A stretch of DNA of 64,000 nucleotides from an uncultured Alphaproteobacteria bacterium (GTDB lineage Bacteria > Pseudomonadota > Alphaproteobacteria > Rhizobiales > Xanthobacteraceae), in assembly GCA_963734795.1 (NCBI GenBank), contig CAVTIW010000001.1, positions 281,863 through 345,862 of the forward strand. Direction: 5' to 3'. The number at the start of each line of letters is the position of its first letter. Position 1 is the first letter of the stretch. This document shows positions 62,132-64,000 of this stretch, one piece after another. The position numbers and the translations under genes are program-made. The notes below the pieces were generated by a model. That model was not told the DNA's origin. It saw only the letters and a program-made list of their open reading frames with translations, and made no database searches.

Positions 62132-63307
62132 ATGAAGCAGCAACTGAAGTTGGCCGCACTGGCGGTCTTGTTTGGGTTCGTTACCACTGCGGCTGTGGCG
62201 CAGGAAAAGATCAAGATCGGGGTGATCCTGACCTTGTCCGGTCCGGCGGCGGTGCTCGGCCAGCAGGCTCGCGATGGCTTTGCGCTCGCGGTCAAGGATC
62301 TCGGCGACAAGATGGCGGGCCGGGACGTCGAGGTCGTGGTGGTCGACGACGAACTCAAGCCGGACGCCGCCGTCGCCAAGGTCAATGGCCTGCTCGAACG
62401 CGACAAGGTCGATTTCGTGGTGGGGCCGATCTTCTCCAATGTGCTTCAGGCGATCCACAAGCCGGTGGTGGATTCCAGGACTTTCCTGATCAGCCCGAAT
62501 GCCGGCCCGTCGAGCTACGCCGGCAAGAACTGCAGCCCGTTCTTCTACGTGACCTCCTACCAGAACGATCAGGTGCACGAGATCCTCGGCAAGGTCGCCC
62601 AGGACCGCGGCTACAAGCGCGTCTACATCCTGGTGCCGAACTATCAGGCCGGCAAGGATTCCGCGGCCGGATTCAAGCTCGACTACAAGGGCGAGATCGT
62701 CGAGGAGACCTACATGCCGCTGGGCACGCTGGACTTCCAGGTTGAACTTTCCAAGATCGCGTCGCTGAAGCCGGATGCGGTGTTCACGTTCATGCCGGGC
62801 GGCATGGGCGTCGGCCTGGTGAAGCAGTACAAGCAGGCCGGCCTCGCCGATCAAATTCCGGTCCTGTCGGCGTTCACGGTCGATGAATCGACGCTGCCGG
62901 CGCAGCAGGATGCCGCGGTCGGCATGTTCGGCGGCGCCAACTGGGCACCCGATCTCGACAATCCGCAGAACAAGAAATTCGTCGCGGCCTATGAGGCCGC
63001 CTACAACAGCGTGCCCGCCACCTACGCCTTCCAGGCCTATGATGCGGCCATGCTGATCGACAGCGCCGTCAGGGCGGTCAAGGGCGACCTCACCAACAAG
63101 GAAGCGGTGGCGGCGGCGCTGAAGAAGGCCGACTTCACCTCGCTGCGCGGCGCTTTCAAGTTCAACACCAACGGCTATCCGATCCAGGATTTCTACCTGA
63201 CCAAGGTCGCCAAGCGTCCCGACGGCAAATTCCAGACCGAGATCGTCCAGAAGGTATTCGAGAATTACGGCGACCGTTACGCCAAGGATTGCACGCCGGG
63301 CAACTAG
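62132..63307 (+). CDS. ABC transporter substrate-binding protein (branched-chain type, aromatic-acid subgroup)
   Basis: KIKIGVILTLSGP, DDELKPD, GPIFSN, SPNAGPS, PNYQAGKD, NGYPIQDFY. Confidence 0.92.
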   Translation: MKQQLKLAALAVLFGFVTTAAVAQEKIKIGVILTLSGPAAVLGQQARDGFALAVKDLGDKMAGRDVEVVVVDDELKPDAAVAKVNGLLERDKVDFVVGPIFSNVLQAIHKPVVDSRTFLISPNAGPSSYAGKNCSPFFYVTSYQNDQVHEILGKVAQDRGYKRVYILVPNYQAGKDSAAGFKLDYKGEIVEETYMPLGTLDFQVELSKIASLKPDAVFTFMPGGMGVGLVKQYKQAGLADQIPVLSAFTVDESTLPAQQDAAVGMFGGANWAPDLDNPQNKKFVAAYEAAYNSVPATYAFQAYDAAMLIDSAVRAVKGDLTNKEAVAAALKKADFTSLRGAFKFNTNGYPIQDFYLTKVAKRPDGKFQTEIVQKVFENYGDRYAKDCTPGN

Positions 63308-63384
63308 CCAGGGCGTTTCGGGCGAAGCGGACACCGGTTGGCCTGAACAAAACGCGTTTAGAAGAGCGGGAAGGAAACAAGGCG

Positions 63385-63840
63385 ATGAAGAACGAGATCA
63401 CCGGCATCACCCGGGCCAACGAGGGCATGCAGGGAATTTCCTGGAATATTCTCGGCCAGACCTATGTGCCGAAAAGCTGCACCGAACATTCCTTCTCCTG
63501 GCACGCGACGCTGCCGCCCGGCACCTTCGTGCCGCCGCATATCCATCCGGATCAGGACGAATATCTCTACATGCTGGAAGGCAAGCTCGATTTCATGCTG
63601 GGTGGCGGCGAAGCCCAGGCGACGCCGGGCGATCTGATCCGCCTCGGAATGGGCGTCCCCCACGGCATCTTCAACAAATCCGATCAGTCCGCGAAAGTGC
63701 TGTTCTGGGTGTCGCCGAGCCAAAGATTGTACGATCTGTTCTGGGGCCTTCACAACATGAAGGAACAGAAGCCCGAGGACGTCGTGGCGATGGCCGCGGA
63801 ATACAACGTCCACTTCCTGCCGCCGCCGCCGGGAGCGTGA
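63385..63840 (+). CDS. Cupin domain protein
   Basis: PPGTFVPPHIHPDQDEYLYMLEG...GVPHGIFN. Confidence 0.9.
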   Translation: MKNEITGITRANEGMQGISWNILGQTYVPKSCTEHSFSWHATLPPGTFVPPHIHPDQDEYLYMLEGKLDFMLGGGEAQATPGDLIRLGMGVPHGIFNKSDQSAKVLFWVSPSQRLYDLFWGLHNMKEQKPEDVVAMAAEYNVHFLPPPPGA

Positions 63841-63857
63841 TCGGGAACGCCGAAATC

Positions 63858-63937
63858 GTTGTTGCGAGCGAAGCGAAGCAATCCACGGCCACGAAGGAAA
63901 CATGGATTGCTTCGTCGCTACGCTCCTCGCAATGACG
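63858..63937. repeat. CGTCATTGCGAG-family inverted-repeat element
   Basis: TTGCGAGCGAAGCGAAGCAATCCA...TGGATTGCTTCGTCGCTACGCTCCTCGCAATGACG. Confidence 0.8.
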
Positions 63938-64000
63938 ACGGCGTAACGAAGCCGTCCGTGCCACGAGCTGGTGCGTGAGGTAATCGGGAACGTCATCCTG

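Overview
A high-GC alphaproteobacterial chromosomal region. Gene content and intergenic repeats point to Bradyrhizobiaceae, by inference only. It is mostly accessory metabolism. Main contents: an autotransporter; a DyP peroxidase plus family 1 encapsulin operon, preceded by a structured non-coding element; a divergent alpha-glucan cluster (glgA-like, MFS, PRC-barrel, amylo-alpha-1,6-glucosidase, ABC exporter, GT4) with a palindromic two-way EcfG-type promoter; a CoxMSL-like Mo-hydroxylase catabolic operon with a divergent MocR regulator; an IorAB-soxF-soxX-soxY(variant arm)-soxZ-soxA operon with no soxB or soxCD; and an anthranilate-CoA-type cluster. About 18 genes between 1 and 50 kb are split by small indels, probably long-read consensus errors. 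Five genes are truncated or internally deleted. No rRNA, tRNA, CRISPR array or intact transposase was recognised.
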